Source of the DNA: Bacteroidales bacterium
Lineage (GTDB): Bacteria > Bacteroidota > Bacteroidia > Bacteroidales > VadinHA17
Assembly (NCBI GenBank): GCA_046329875.1
Contig: JAXLTT010000005.1
Coordinates: forward strand, 64,507-128,506
Length of the DNA stretch: 64,000 bases
Direction: 5' to 3'
Below are positions 36,776 through 45,919 of this stretch, one piece after another. Under the pieces are notes generated by a model that saw only the letters and a list, made by a program, of their open reading frames with translations, did not search any database and had not been told where the DNA came from. Position 1 is the stretch's first letter; each line of letters begins with the position of its first letter. The position numbers and the translations under genes were made by a program.

Positions 36776-38500
36776 CTACCAAAGTAATACAGTGAATATT
36801 ATAAAGATTATTCCAACAATCAGGGCAAGGCCTGCAGGACGCTGGTACCATGGCGCATCCTTTTCAACATCATGTGGTGTAAGCGAATATACAAGACCTT
36901 TGAGTTCGCTTTCTGCCTTAAGCTGCTTTGTTAATAGTGAAAGTACCACGGTAACAATAGTCGCCACGGAGAACGCTATTATCGCAGCCCAGAAATTCTG
37001 GGCCATCTCAACCGGGTAAGTGTGAATATGGCCAAGCCATCCTCCCTTGAAGAAAGTTGTTGCACCATCCGGAATAGTGAGACCGTGATGGAGCAGTGCT
37101 ATCACGAAACCTGTCAGCAGGCCGGTAAATGCAGCATGCCCGGTTGTTCTTTTCCAGAACATCCCGAGGAAGATCACGGCGAAAAGCGGCGCGTTGATCA
37201 TCGAGAATATAGTCTGCAGGAAGTCCATAATATTCCCGAATTTGCTTGCAATATAAGCCGAAGCAATACTCAGCAGGACGCCGGCAACTGTTGCTATTCT
37301 TCCAACTCTAAGGTAATGCCTGTCATCAGCCTCGGTATCGTCAGTTCTTTTCCTTATGTAACTCTGGTATATATCATAGGTCCAGACTGTGTTGAAGGCC
37401 GATACGTTGCCCGCCATACCTGACATGAATGAAGCAAGCAGTGCAGTTATTCCGAGCCCCAGGACACCTGTTGGAAGGTAGTGCTTCAGCAGCATTATGA
37501 TTGTGTAGTCGTATATAGGTTTTCCGCTGACCGGATCAGTTGGAAGGCTGAATCCGCTTGCAGGATTACTCATCAGTATAAGAGCGATGATACCTGGTAC
37601 AATAATTATGAAGGGCAGGAACATCTTTGGCAAGCCTCCTATAAGAGGCACTTTCCTTGCAGCAGTTTTTGATTCAGCTGCGAATGCCCTCTGGACAATA
37701 AGAAAGTTTGTACACCAGTATCCGAATGCAAGAACGAAACCAAGGCCAAAAAATGCCCCGAACCATTCCACTCCCATCGGGTTCGCCGCAGAACTGCCTG
37801 TGTATTTCCATGTTGACAGATAAGTATCAGGTGCAAAATGAGCAGGTGTAACCAATGCAATCTTTTCTTTCAGTCCAGCCCAGCCGCCTACATCTTTCAG
37901 GCTGAGAAATCCGAGTGGTAAAAGCCCTATTACTATGATAAAGAACTGGATAACCTCGTTGTAAATGGCTGATGAAAGTCCACCAAGGTAAGTGTAGGTG
38001 AGAACTATAAGTGCGGATATCCAGAGGCTTATGTTGAAATCCCAGCCGAGAACCTTTTCCATAAGTATTGCAAGGGCATACATCGAAATCCCTGATGCAA
38101 GGATTGTCATTACGGCAAACAGGATTGCATTCAGGCCCCTTGTTTTTTCATCGTACCTGAGCTTAAGAAACTCAGGGACCGACCTTGCCCTTGAACCATA
38201 ATAGAAAGGCATCATGAAGAGAGCGAGGAAGATCATAGCCGGTATTGCCCCTATGAGATAAAAGTGAGCGGTCATCATACCGTACTTGGCTCCGGAGCCG
38301 CACATTCCCATTACTTCGAGTGCCCCGAGGTTCGCAGAGATGAAAGCAAGCCCGGCAACCCAGGCAGGGATAGATCTCCCGGCCTCGAGGAAGGCATTTG
38401 CATTTTTCATGTAGCGCCTGAGGAACCATCCGATGCCCAGTACAAAAAGAAAATAGATTATCATAATAAGATAATCTAACAAGCCAAGCTCAACTTTCAT
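36776..38500 (-). CDS. sodium:solute symporter family (SSS/SGLT-type) transporter
   Basis: 574-aa polytopic protein with an SSS-family look (GRSIPAWVAGLAFISANLGALE, GGLSSAIYNEVIQ). Confidence 0.85.
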   Translation of the reverse strand: MKVELGLLDYLIMIIYFLFVLGIGWFLRRYMKNANAFLEAGRSIPAWVAGLAFISANLGALEVMGMCGSGAKYGMMTAHFYLIGAIPAMIFLALFMMPFYYGSRARSVPEFLKLRYDEKTRGLNAILFAVMTILASGISMYALAILMEKVLGWDFNISLWISALIVLTYTYLGGLSSAIYNEVIQFFIIVIGLLPLGFLSLKDVGGWAGLKEKIALVTPAHFAPDTYLSTWKYTGSSAANPMGVEWFGAFFGLGFVLAFGYWCTNFLIVQRAFAAESKTAARKVPLIGGLPKMFLPFIIIVPGIIALILMSNPASGFSLPTDPVSGKPIYDYTIIMLLKHYLPTGVLGLGITALLASFMSGMAGNVSAFNTVWTYDIYQSYIRKRTDDTEADDRHYLRVGRIATVAGVLLSIASAYIASKFGNIMDFLQTIFSMINAPLFAVIFLGMFWKRTTGHAAFTGLLTGFVIALLHHGLTIPDGATTFFKGGWLGHIHTYPVEMAQNFWAAIIAFSVATIVTVVLSLLTKQLKAESELKGLVYSLTPHDVEKDAPWYQRPAGLALIVGIIFIIFTVLLW

Positions 38501-38614
38501 GTTCTTTAATTGAAATTTGTTTGATCCTTTCCTTATACATTAGTCAAGATTGTACATCCTGTATAGTAAAAATACACTATATGCCCGAGTAATAATGATT
38601 TTTTTAACCTTTAT

Positions 38615-39385
38615 TTGCAAAAAAAGAGTGTGAAGAAAAGGTACTTCATATTCCTGTCCTACAAGGGTACTTCCTATCATGGATGGCAGGTACAGCCAAA
38701 CGGTGTGACTGTACAGCAGATACTTGATGAATCTCTGTCAACAGTACTTGGTGAGGAGATCCGTACCACGGGAGCCGGCCGGACTGACACAGGTGTACAT
38801 GCCCTCGTTTTTTGTGCTCATTTCGATTCTGAAAGGGGGAAACTTCTTTCAGACAATAACTTCATTTACAGGCTTAACCGCTTCCTGCCCAGGGATATTT
38901 CAGTATCGGAGATCAGGCAGGTGAAAGATGATGCCAATGCCCGTTTCAGTGCTGTTTCACGGACTTATAAGTATTATATTACAAGGAGGAAAGATCCTTT
39001 TACTGAAGATGCTGCATGGTACCTTCACGGGGAGCTCAATATTAAGGCGATGAACAAAGCTTCGGAGCTATTGCTGAAGCACACTGATTTTACAAGTTTC
39101 AGCAAGCTCCACACCGATGTTAAGACGAATAATTGCAGGATATACTCGGCAGTATGGGAAGAAAAAGATGGAATGCTTGTGTTCACTATCTGCGCCGACA
39201 GGTTCCTGAGGAATATGGTGAGGGCAATTACAGGCACCATGGTGGAGATCGGATTCGGAAAACTTAGTGTGGAACAGTTCGAGGAGATCATAAAACTCAG
39301 GGATCGCGGAAAGGCAGGAAAATCTGCCCCTGCCAAAGGCCTTTTCCTTACAGATATAAAATACCCTGACGATATTTTTATTTAG
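38615..39385 (+). CDS. truA: tRNA pseudouridine(38-40) synthase
   Basis: RYFIFLSYKGTSYHGWQVQ and the catalytic GAGRTDTGVHA motif. The real start is probably GTG 38630 and not TTG 38615. Confidence 0.9.
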   Translation: MQKKSVKKRYFIFLSYKGTSYHGWQVQPNGVTVQQILDESLSTVLGEEIRTTGAGRTDTGVHALVFCAHFDSERGKLLSDNNFIYRLNRFLPRDISVSEIRQVKDDANARFSAVSRTYKYYITRRKDPFTEDAAWYLHGELNIKAMNKASELLLKHTDFTSFSKLHTDVKTNNCRIYSAVWEEKDGMLVFTICADRFLRNMVRAITGTMVEIGFGKLSVEQFEEIIKLRDRGKAGKSAPAKGLFLTDIKYPDDIFI

Positions 39386-40146
39386 AGTGAAGGATCATTC
39401 CATATCTGCCATGATCTTTCAGCCTGGAGGTGAAGCATCCTGAGTCCACCTGTAACAGTACTTCCCCTTTCAAGTCCTTTTGCCAGGAAGGTCGTAAGCT
39501 CCGGGTTATAAACAAGATCATAAAGGATATGCTCTTTTCCAATTCTGCTGTAATCGATATCCGGACAGCCGGCGACTGCAGGGAACATACCGAGCGGTGT
39601 TGTATTGATAATAAGTTTATGGCTTTCAATGATTTCTGCGGTCAGCTCTTCGTATGTCAATGATGAACCGGTTTTGGTCCTTGATACATTCATGAATTCA
39701 ATTCCGAGTTCATTTAATACATACCTGACGGCGAGCGAACTCCCGCCTGTACCGAGTACCAGTGCAGTATAATCCATCCCTTGAAGAAGGGGAACAAGTG
39801 ATTCCCTGAAGCCGTATACGTCACTGTTGAAACCTTTGGTTGCGCCGCCTTGTCTTACCTTCACAACATTCACGGCTCCTATATCTTTGGCTTCAGGTGA
39901 TATTTCCGACAGGTACCTGATAACCTCCTGTTTATATGGTATTGTAACATTGAGGCCCGTAATTCCTGGTGTATTTATAAGCAGGCTGGGGAAAAACTCA
40001 ATTTTCTCAATCGGGTAATTGTCATAGGAAGCATCGCTTATACCTTCTGCAGCAAATTTTTCAGAGAAATATTTCCTTGAAAAAGAATGACCAAGCGGAT
40101 ATCCTATCAGGCCAAATCTGCGCATTTGCAAACTGTTTACTGCCAA
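39382..40146 (-). CDS. aroE: shikimate dehydrogenase
   Basis: FGLIGYPLGHSFS, NVTIPYK and LVLGTGGSS motifs. The probable start is ATG 40125. The 3' end overlaps truA convergently by 4 nt. Confidence 0.88.
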   Translation of the reverse strand: MAVNSLQMRRFGLIGYPLGHSFSRKYFSEKFAAEGISDASYDNYPIEKIEFFPSLLINTPGITGLNVTIPYKQEVIRYLSEISPEAKDIGAVNVVKVRQGGATKGFNSDVYGFRESLVPLLQGMDYTALVLGTGGSSLAVRYVLNELGIEFMNVSRTKTGSSLTYEELTAEIIESHKLIINTTPLGMFPAVAGCPDIDYSRIGKEHILYDLVYNPELTTFLAKGLERGSTVTGGLRMLHLQAERSWQIWNDPSL

Positions 40147-40172
40147 CTGCTAATTGCCTTTTGGCAACTGTA

Positions 40173-40943
40173 TTATTTCAGGTTATCGGGGAGGAACTGG
40201 AAGAAAGTATCGCCCCTGAGTCCAACCCTCAGTGTTTCGAGTGAAATAATCTCATTAGGAGCAATATTCCCGAGGTTTACATTTGCACCGAAGTGCTTTA
40301 TGAACCACGCCTGCTGTGATTTTATCGGAGCTTCCCAGATTACATTCTCCAGTTTGACATGGGTTGAGATGGCATCGATTATCTTATGGTTAATTGAACC
40401 ATCTTCGTTATATATGCCTGTTGTACCTGATTCCCTTGCTTCCGCAATCACTTTTACTGAACCGGCATCAAGTTCTGATTTCATCATAGCAACCCACTGG
40501 TCGGGTGTGTACACAACCTCCTTCTTTTTGGAGCCCACCTCTGATATTACAGTTGCAATCCTGGAGAGCTTGTTTATATAGCTGAGTTTTTCCTCATGTT
40601 CAATATCGTAAGAGCCATCAGAGATCTCAACAAGCGTAATCTCATGTTTCTTTATGAATTCAACGAAATCGTCGAACATCCGGCGGATAATAAACGCCTC
40701 GAAAAGTGTGCCGCCGAAGTAAGGGATCGTCCCGGCTTTCTTGTATATCTTGATTTTCTTTTCAAAACCGGGGGTTACAAGAGAGGTCCCGAATCCAAGC
40801 TTCACATAATCGGTGTATTCACTTCCAACCGACATAAAGTCTTCAGCTTCTCTCAGGCTCAGACCTTTATCCATTACCATTGTAAGGCCATGGTTCCTTG
40901 GCTTTTGTGGTCGTTCAGGAATGAAAGGTAGTATGGTTTTCAT
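40173..40943 (-). CDS. comA: (2R)-phospho-3-sulfolactate synthase family protein (ComA homolog)
   Basis: Co-linear with my recollection of archaeal ComA: GLTMVMDKGL, VKLGFGTS, GGTLFE, VEISDGS, VIWEAPIKSQQ and the C-terminal ISLETLRVGLRGDTF. Confidence 0.8.
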   Translation of the reverse strand: MKTILPFIPERPQKPRNHGLTMVMDKGLSLREAEDFMSVGSEYTDYVKLGFGTSLVTPGFEKKIKIYKKAGTIPYFGGTLFEAFIIRRMFDDFVEFIKKHEITLVEISDGSYDIEHEEKLSYINKLSRIATVISEVGSKKKEVVYTPDQWVAMMKSELDAGSVKVIAEARESGTTGIYNEDGSINHKIIDAISTHVKLENVIWEAPIKSQQAWFIKHFGANVNLGNIAPNEIISLETLRVGLRGDTFFQFLPDNLK

Positions 40944-40944
40944 T

Positions 40945-42357
40945 TTATTCGGGTTTAATCTTGTTGATCAGCTTCTTTATCTTCTTATCTGCAATTGCCT
41001 CGGGGAAGAGGTCCTTATACTCTTCAAAAAGTTCAGGTTCCAGTTCCAGCGCGGTTGAAAGGTGATTATAAGCTGACTGGTATTTACCTGCATATAGATA
41101 AAGGGAAGCCATAAGGAAATTTATACCTGGAAGATCGCCGGTTATCCTGTATGCTTTTTCAAACACAGGCAGGGCTTTCAATGTAAGTTCCTCTCCTATT
41201 ATAAGTCTTGCCATATCCGACCATGCTTCATCATAGAAGGCATCCATCCTGAGAGCATCGCGGAAATGCCTGAGGGCTCCTTTAATATCACCTTTCATGA
41301 AAAGCGATTTACCTGTAAGGTATACTATCTCGGGATTTTCAGGATCCAGTTCGAGTGCTTTCCTGAAATATACAAGGCTCTTGCCGGCGTTCCCCGAGTT
41401 CATTGCGATGACACCCAGACCGATCCATGGATCTGCAAACTCAGGTGCCATGTCAATGGCTTCGGTATAGTATTTTCTTGCCAGCTGAACCCTGTCGGTC
41501 TTTTCATAGCACTCTGCGAGGTAAGTTATAGCCTCAAAACTTTCTGGCTCATTTTCTAGGTATTCGTGATATACGGGTATTGCCTCCGCATATCTTTCCA
41601 GGTTACTCAGGATATTGCCTTTGTTGAACAAAGCAAAGCTGTTCTGGCTATTCACGGCGAGAGCATAATCGTAAGCCTCAAGTGCTTTCTGATGTTGCTC
41701 CATCTTGTTGTAAATTATACCGAGATTGTACCATGCACTGTCTGAGAATGGCTCTTCCTCAAGATATTTGTGATAGTATTTTACTGCGTTTTCGTAGTCG
41801 TGGATCTTTTCGTAGGCATATGCCAGGTCGTAAATATGCGCAACAAATCCGGGCTCTAGTTCGAGCAGGCGCCTCAGGTAAGGAATCAGTTGTTCATAGT
41901 AGTTCAGATTCTGAAGAACTGATGTTATTGAAAACAAGATGTTTTCGATATCCTCAGAGTCTTTAGTGAGGGCAATATCGAACATTTTCTTTGCACCTGC
42001 GGCATCACCGAGAATGCCAAGGGCTGTCCCCTTTACTATGTATATCTCGTGGTTTCCGGGTTCAATGTTCTCAAGTTTCTTAAGTATACGGAGAGCCTCA
42101 ACTGCCCTTCCCCTGTCGAGAAGCACCCTTGCCTTGCGCAGCTGTATGGATACTGAATTCGGATGCTGGCTGCTCGCAATTGATGCTGCTTCAAATGCAG
42201 TAGCAGGATTATTGCTCTCTATATAGAAATCAATGATTGTTTCAAATTCAATAACATCGAAGAAGAAATTCTCATTATTCTTCTTCATCTTCTCGAAACG
42301 CTGAACTACCTCACGGATCTCCTCCTCATGTGATATGCCGAACTTGTCCTCTTCCAT
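40945..42357 (-). CDS. TPR-repeat protein
   Basis: 470 aa with multiple TPR units (AWYNLGIIYNKMEQHQKALEAYDYALAVNSQN and others). It ends 1 nt before the comA start. Confidence 0.8.
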   Translation of the reverse strand: MEEDKFGISHEEEIREVVQRFEKMKKNNENFFFDVIEFETIIDFYIESNNPATAFEAASIASSQHPNSVSIQLRKARVLLDRGRAVEALRILKKLENIEPGNHEIYIVKGTALGILGDAAGAKKMFDIALTKDSEDIENILFSITSVLQNLNYYEQLIPYLRRLLELEPGFVAHIYDLAYAYEKIHDYENAVKYYHKYLEEEPFSDSAWYNLGIIYNKMEQHQKALEAYDYALAVNSQNSFALFNKGNILSNLERYAEAIPVYHEYLENEPESFEAITYLAECYEKTDRVQLARKYYTEAIDMAPEFADPWIGLGVIAMNSGNAGKSLVYFRKALELDPENPEIVYLTGKSLFMKGDIKGALRHFRDALRMDAFYDEAWSDMARLIIGEELTLKALPVFEKAYRITGDLPGINFLMASLYLYAGKYQSAYNHLSTALELEPELFEEYKDLFPEAIADKKIKKLINKIKPE

Positions 42358-42378
42358 CTTTCACGCGCTAATGAGAAG

Positions 42379-42386
42379 CAAAATTA
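42379..42386 (-). promoter_or_regulatory. Bacteroidota-type -7 box (TAATTTTG) for the TPR/comA/aroE transcription unit
   Basis: Plus-strand CAAAATTA, 21 nt upstream of ATG 42357. Confidence 0.45.
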
Positions 42387-42542
42387 ATACTATTTTCCAG
42401 AAGCCCTTTAGAGCCCTTTTTCAATTATTAACATTTTGATTATTTTTCAAACACCTGGCAATTAGGCTTGTACGGATGAGACTCAAATATTTTTATAACT
42501 TTTTATCAATACCACGCAACCGCGGGTAGCAAAATATCATCT

Positions 42543-42550
42543 TATGTTTG
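42543..42550 (+). promoter_or_regulatory. orphan Bacteroidota-type -7 box (TATGTTTG)
   Basis: Matches TAnnTTTG. It lies about 65 nt upstream of a plus-strand intrinsic terminator and 140 nt upstream of the next ATG, which has its own -7 box. Confidence 0.4.
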
Positions 42551-42556
42551 TATTTA

Positions 42557-42638
42557 AATCCGTACCCTCATACCCAATATACCCTAGAATTAACCTAAAT
42601 TCTAACTTCGGGAACCGGGCCTCAAAACCCGGTTTTTT
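42557..42638 (+). ncRNA. candidate small RNA (about 80 nt) bounded by a -7 box and an intrinsic terminator
   Basis: Hairpin TAGAATT-aaccta-AATTCTA (42585-42604), then AACCGGG-cctcaaaa-CCCGGTT plus TTTT (42613-42638). I recognise no family, and the ends are inferred. Confidence 0.35.
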
Positions 42639-42658
42639 CATTCATGGGAATATATTAA

Positions 42659-42666
42659 TATATTTG
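42659..42666 (+). promoter_or_regulatory. Bacteroidota-type -7 box (TATATTTG) for the PD40 lipoprotein gene
   Basis: Matches TAnnTTTG, 24 nt upstream of ATG 42691. Confidence 0.5.
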
Positions 42667-42690
42667 TATCACGTTCCAATTAAAAGGAAA

Positions 42691-43692
42691 ATGAAGAAAA
42701 TATCAGGTCTTGCAGTAATTCTGTCTGTTTGCATCTTCTCATTCCTGCTCCTGCTGTCTTCTGGCTGCAAGAAAAAGGAAAATCCCATAAAGTATCAGTA
42801 TGGTACTTTCTCCGACTCTGTTTATAATCTCGAAGGGATAAACAGTGCCTACGATGATAAGAACTCCACAGTTTATTCATTACCTGGCAGTGTGCCGATA
42901 ATATTTTCCTCAAACAGGGGAAGCAGCGGCGGCCAGTTTGACCTTGTCACAGGCCTTATAACCTTCACTTTTGATCAGACCAACGGTAATTTTGACCTCA
43001 GCAGCACAATGAGTACAGACCCTTTCTATAATGCCATTGCGAATAAGGCAAACACAGCCGGTGATGATCTTGGTCCATATACAAGTTTTGTGTCGTCTGA
43101 TGGATATGAATACCTGTTTGTTACATCAGCCGGAGCAGGCTCCCAGCTTGACCTGTTTTTTGAGAGGTACCTTCCAAAATCGGGAAATAATACCCCGGTC
43201 ATTACAGGTCCGAACCCTGTTACAGTACTGAACAGCAGCAGCGATGATGCATATTTCAGTTTTGACTCAAACCAGGATTCTGTTTACTTCTGTTCTACAC
43301 GATCCGGCAACTATGATATATATGTACATCACAGGCCCGACACAATCCTGTTCAGGAACTGGCTTGCGCTGCCGGCAGCAAGCTCCGATCTAGTTGACAG
43401 CCTTAACAGTTCTGCTGAAGACAAATGCCCTTTTGTTTACAGGAATATAATGGTATTCTCATCAAACCGGGCTGGTGGTCTTGGCGGATATGACCTGTAT
43501 TATTCTCTGTTTATAAATGGCAAATGGAATGCTCCTGTCAATTTCGGACCTCCGGTTAATACCGAACATAACGAGTACAGGCCGATTATAGGCACTGCAA
43601 CAAACTATACAAACAGGTTTATGATCTTTTCCTCCGACAGACCAGGCGGAAAGGGTGGTTATGATCTCTATTTTACCGGGTTAAATCTTTAA
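42691..43692 (+). CDS. lipoprotein with TolB-like PD40 (WD40-like beta-propeller) repeats
   Basis: Lipobox signal MKKISGLAVILSVCIFSFLLLLSSGC. Repeated PD40 signatures: FSSNRGSSGGQFDL, FSSNRAGGLGGYDLYYS and FSSDRPGGKGGYDLYFT. The ORF track's 42544 start is an upstream extension. Confidence 0.8.
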   Translation: MKKISGLAVILSVCIFSFLLLLSSGCKKKENPIKYQYGTFSDSVYNLEGINSAYDDKNSTVYSLPGSVPIIFSSNRGSSGGQFDLVTGLITFTFDQTNGNFDLSSTMSTDPFYNAIANKANTAGDDLGPYTSFVSSDGYEYLFVTSAGAGSQLDLFFERYLPKSGNNTPVITGPNPVTVLNSSSDDAYFSFDSNQDSVYFCSTRSGNYDIYVHHRPDTILFRNWLALPAASSDLVDSLNSSAEDKCPFVYRNIMVFSSNRAGGLGGYDLYYSLFINGKWNAPVNFGPPVNTEHNEYRPIIGTATNYTNRFMIFSSDRPGGKGGYDLYFTGLNL

Positions 43693-43693
43693 A

Positions 43694-44569
43694 CTATAAG
43701 TCTTTCCTTGACGTAGCCAGCAATGTATTTTTGAGAAGGGATACTCTTGTCATAGGTCCAACGCCGCCCGGAACAGGGGTTATGAAACTGCACCTGGGGG
43801 CAACAGTGTCAAAATCAACATCACCTGAAAGTTTCCAGCCAGATTTCGTTCCCGGGGCCTCTACCCTTGTAGTTCCAACATCTATAACAACAGCTCCTTC
43901 TTTAACCATGCCGGCTTTTACAAAACCCGGTGAGCCAATTGCTGCGATTATTATGTCGGCACGCCTGACAATTTCTTCAATATTGCGCGAGCGGCTGTGA
44001 ACGACAGTTACGCTTGCATCTATCCCCTTTTGTGAAAGAAGTATGCTTACAGGTCTGCCAACAATGTTGGAGCGGCCGACAACAACACAGTTTTTGCCAG
44101 CTGTTTCAATCCTGTACCTCTTGATTAATTCCACTATCCCGTAAGGAGTTGCCGGAAGGAAGCATGGCAGGCCAAGTACCATCCGTCCGATGTTCTCGGG
44201 GTGAAAGCCGTCGGCATCCTTTGCCGGATCTATCATCTCGATAATTGCAGCTTCCGGAATATGTGATGGCAGTGGCAGCTGTACAATGAAGCCGTCGATG
44301 TCATCGTCATTATTCAATTCATTTATTTTGCCCGTGAGGACTGAACTGCTTATATCTGAAGGGTATCGGATGAGAGTTGACCGGAAGCCAACCTCGTGGC
44401 AGTCTTTCACCTTGTTTGCGACATAGGTTTCACTTGAACCGTCATTACCGACAAGAATTGCAGCAAGGTGAGGTACCTTTTTATTAGCCGCAATCCTCTC
44501 CTTTACAGCTGCTGCTATTTCCAGCCTGATATCGGAAGCGGTTTTCTTTCCGTCGATTAGGGTATACAT
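43694..44569 (-). CDS. folD: bifunctional methylenetetrahydrofolate dehydrogenase/cyclohydrolase
   Basis: [15 protein letters not shown] and [12 protein letters not shown] motifs. Confidence 0.92.
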   Translation of the reverse strand: MYTLIDGKKTASDIRLEIAAAVKERIAANKKVPHLAAILVGNDGSSETYVANKVKDCHEVGFRSTLIRYPSDISSSVLTGKINELNNDDDIDGFIVQLPLPSHIPEAAIIEMIDPAKDADGFHPENIGRMVLGLPCFLPATPYGIVELIKRYRIETAGKNCVVVGRSNIVGRPVSILLSQKGIDASVTVVHSRSRNIEEIVRRADIIIAAIGSPGFVKAGMVKEGAVVIDVGTTRVEAPGTKSGWKLSGDVDFDTVAPRCSFITPVPGGVGPMTRVSLLKNTLLATSRKDL

Positions 44570-44578
44570 TGTGTAAGA

Positions 44579-45898
44579 TTATCTCCTGCCGATGAGCTTT
44601 GCCTTGTTCCCGCTCTTTGTGACCATTTTCATCATCTTCCTGGTCTCGTCAAACTGTTTAAGAAGCCTGTTTACCTCCTGCACTGAAGTGCCGCTTCCTT
44701 CGGCAATCCTTTTCCTTCTTGAACCGTTAAGAATGGCTGGATTCTGCCTTTCCATCGGTGTCATACTTCGTATTATGGCTTCAATTCCTTTGAAAGCGTT
44801 GTCATCTATATCAAGGTCCTTCACAGCTTTTCCGACTCCCGGAATCATAGACATAAGGTCCTTGACGTTCCCCATTTTCTTAATCTGCTGTATCTGGGCA
44901 ATGAAATCATCGAAGTCGAACTGATCCTTAGCAATCTTCTTCTGCAGTTTTCTTGCCTCTTCCTGGTCGAACTGTTCCTGGGCTTTTTCAACAAGAGAAA
45001 CAATATCACCCATCCCGAGTATCCTGTCGGCCATCCTCTGGGGATAGAAGATATCGATGGCGTCCATTTTCTCCCCGGAGCTGACAAACTTAATCGGTTT
45101 GTTTACTACTGATTTAATAGAGAGGGCGGCACCACCCCTTGTATCACCGTCTAGTTTTGTGAGAACAACACCGTCGAAATCGAGCCTGTCATTGAATTCC
45201 TTTGCAGTGTTTACAGCATCCTGGCCTGTCATTGAATCAACAACAAAGAGTATTTCGTGCGGGGAAACTGCCGATTTAACGGCTGCTATCTCCTTCATCA
45301 TCTCCTCGTCAACAGCAAGCCGGCCCGCCGTGTCAATAATAACTATATCACGGCCGGTCATTTTTGCTTCCTTAACCGCATTTTTTGCAATAGCGACAGG
45401 ATTCAGGTTACCTTCCTCTGTATATACCGGTATTTCGATCTGCTGGCCAAGTACTTTCAGCTGTTCAATAGCTGCAGGCCTGTAAACGTCGCCGGCAACA
45501 AGCAGGGGATTCTTACCCCTTTTGCTTTTTAACCATTTTGCAAGTTTACCGCTGAATGTTGTTTTACCCGAGCCCTGGAGACCAGCAATAAGAATGACAG
45601 AAGGGTTAATCTTTATATTGATATCTGTCTTATCGGCACCCATAAGTTCAACAAGCTCGTCGTGGACGATTTTTACCATCATCTGCGACGGGTTGACTGC
45701 TTTAAGTACCTCCTGGCCGAGAGCTTTCTGCTTAACTGTATCTGTGAATTGCTTTGCTATTTTGAAGTTCACATCGGCATCAAGGAGAGCCCTTCTGACC
45801 TCCTTCAGTGTTTCAGCAACATTTATCTCTGTGATCCTTCCTTCTCCTTTAAGCATTTTAAAGGAGCGCTCAAGCCTTTCACTTAAATTCTCAAACAT
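44579..45898 (-). CDS. ffh: signal recognition particle protein
   Basis: GTPase motifs [14 protein letters not shown] and TKLDGD, plus a Met-rich M domain. Confidence 0.93.
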   Translation of the reverse strand: MFENLSERLERSFKMLKGEGRITEINVAETLKEVRRALLDADVNFKIAKQFTDTVKQKALGQEVLKAVNPSQMMVKIVHDELVELMGADKTDINIKINPSVILIAGLQGSGKTTFSGKLAKWLKSKRGKNPLLVAGDVYRPAAIEQLKVLGQQIEIPVYTEEGNLNPVAIAKNAVKEAKMTGRDIVIIDTAGRLAVDEEMMKEIAAVKSAVSPHEILFVVDSMTGQDAVNTAKEFNDRLDFDGVVLTKLDGDTRGGAALSIKSVVNKPIKFVSSGEKMDAIDIFYPQRMADRILGMGDIVSLVEKAQEQFDQEEARKLQKKIAKDQFDFDDFIAQIQQIKKMGNVKDLMSMIPGVGKAVKDLDIDDNAFKGIEAIIRSMTPMERQNPAILNGSRRKRIAEGSGTSVQEVNRLLKQFDETRKMMKMVTKSGNKAKLIGRR

Positions 45899-45919
45899 TA
45901 TTTATAGTAGTTTTCGTTA

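Noticed and set aside
42544-42690. 49-aa N-terminal extension of the PD40 lipoprotein, as given in the ORF track.
   Set aside because: A canonical lipoprotein signal begins at the internal ATG 42691, which has its own -7 box. The extension covers a hairpin plus a T-run terminator.
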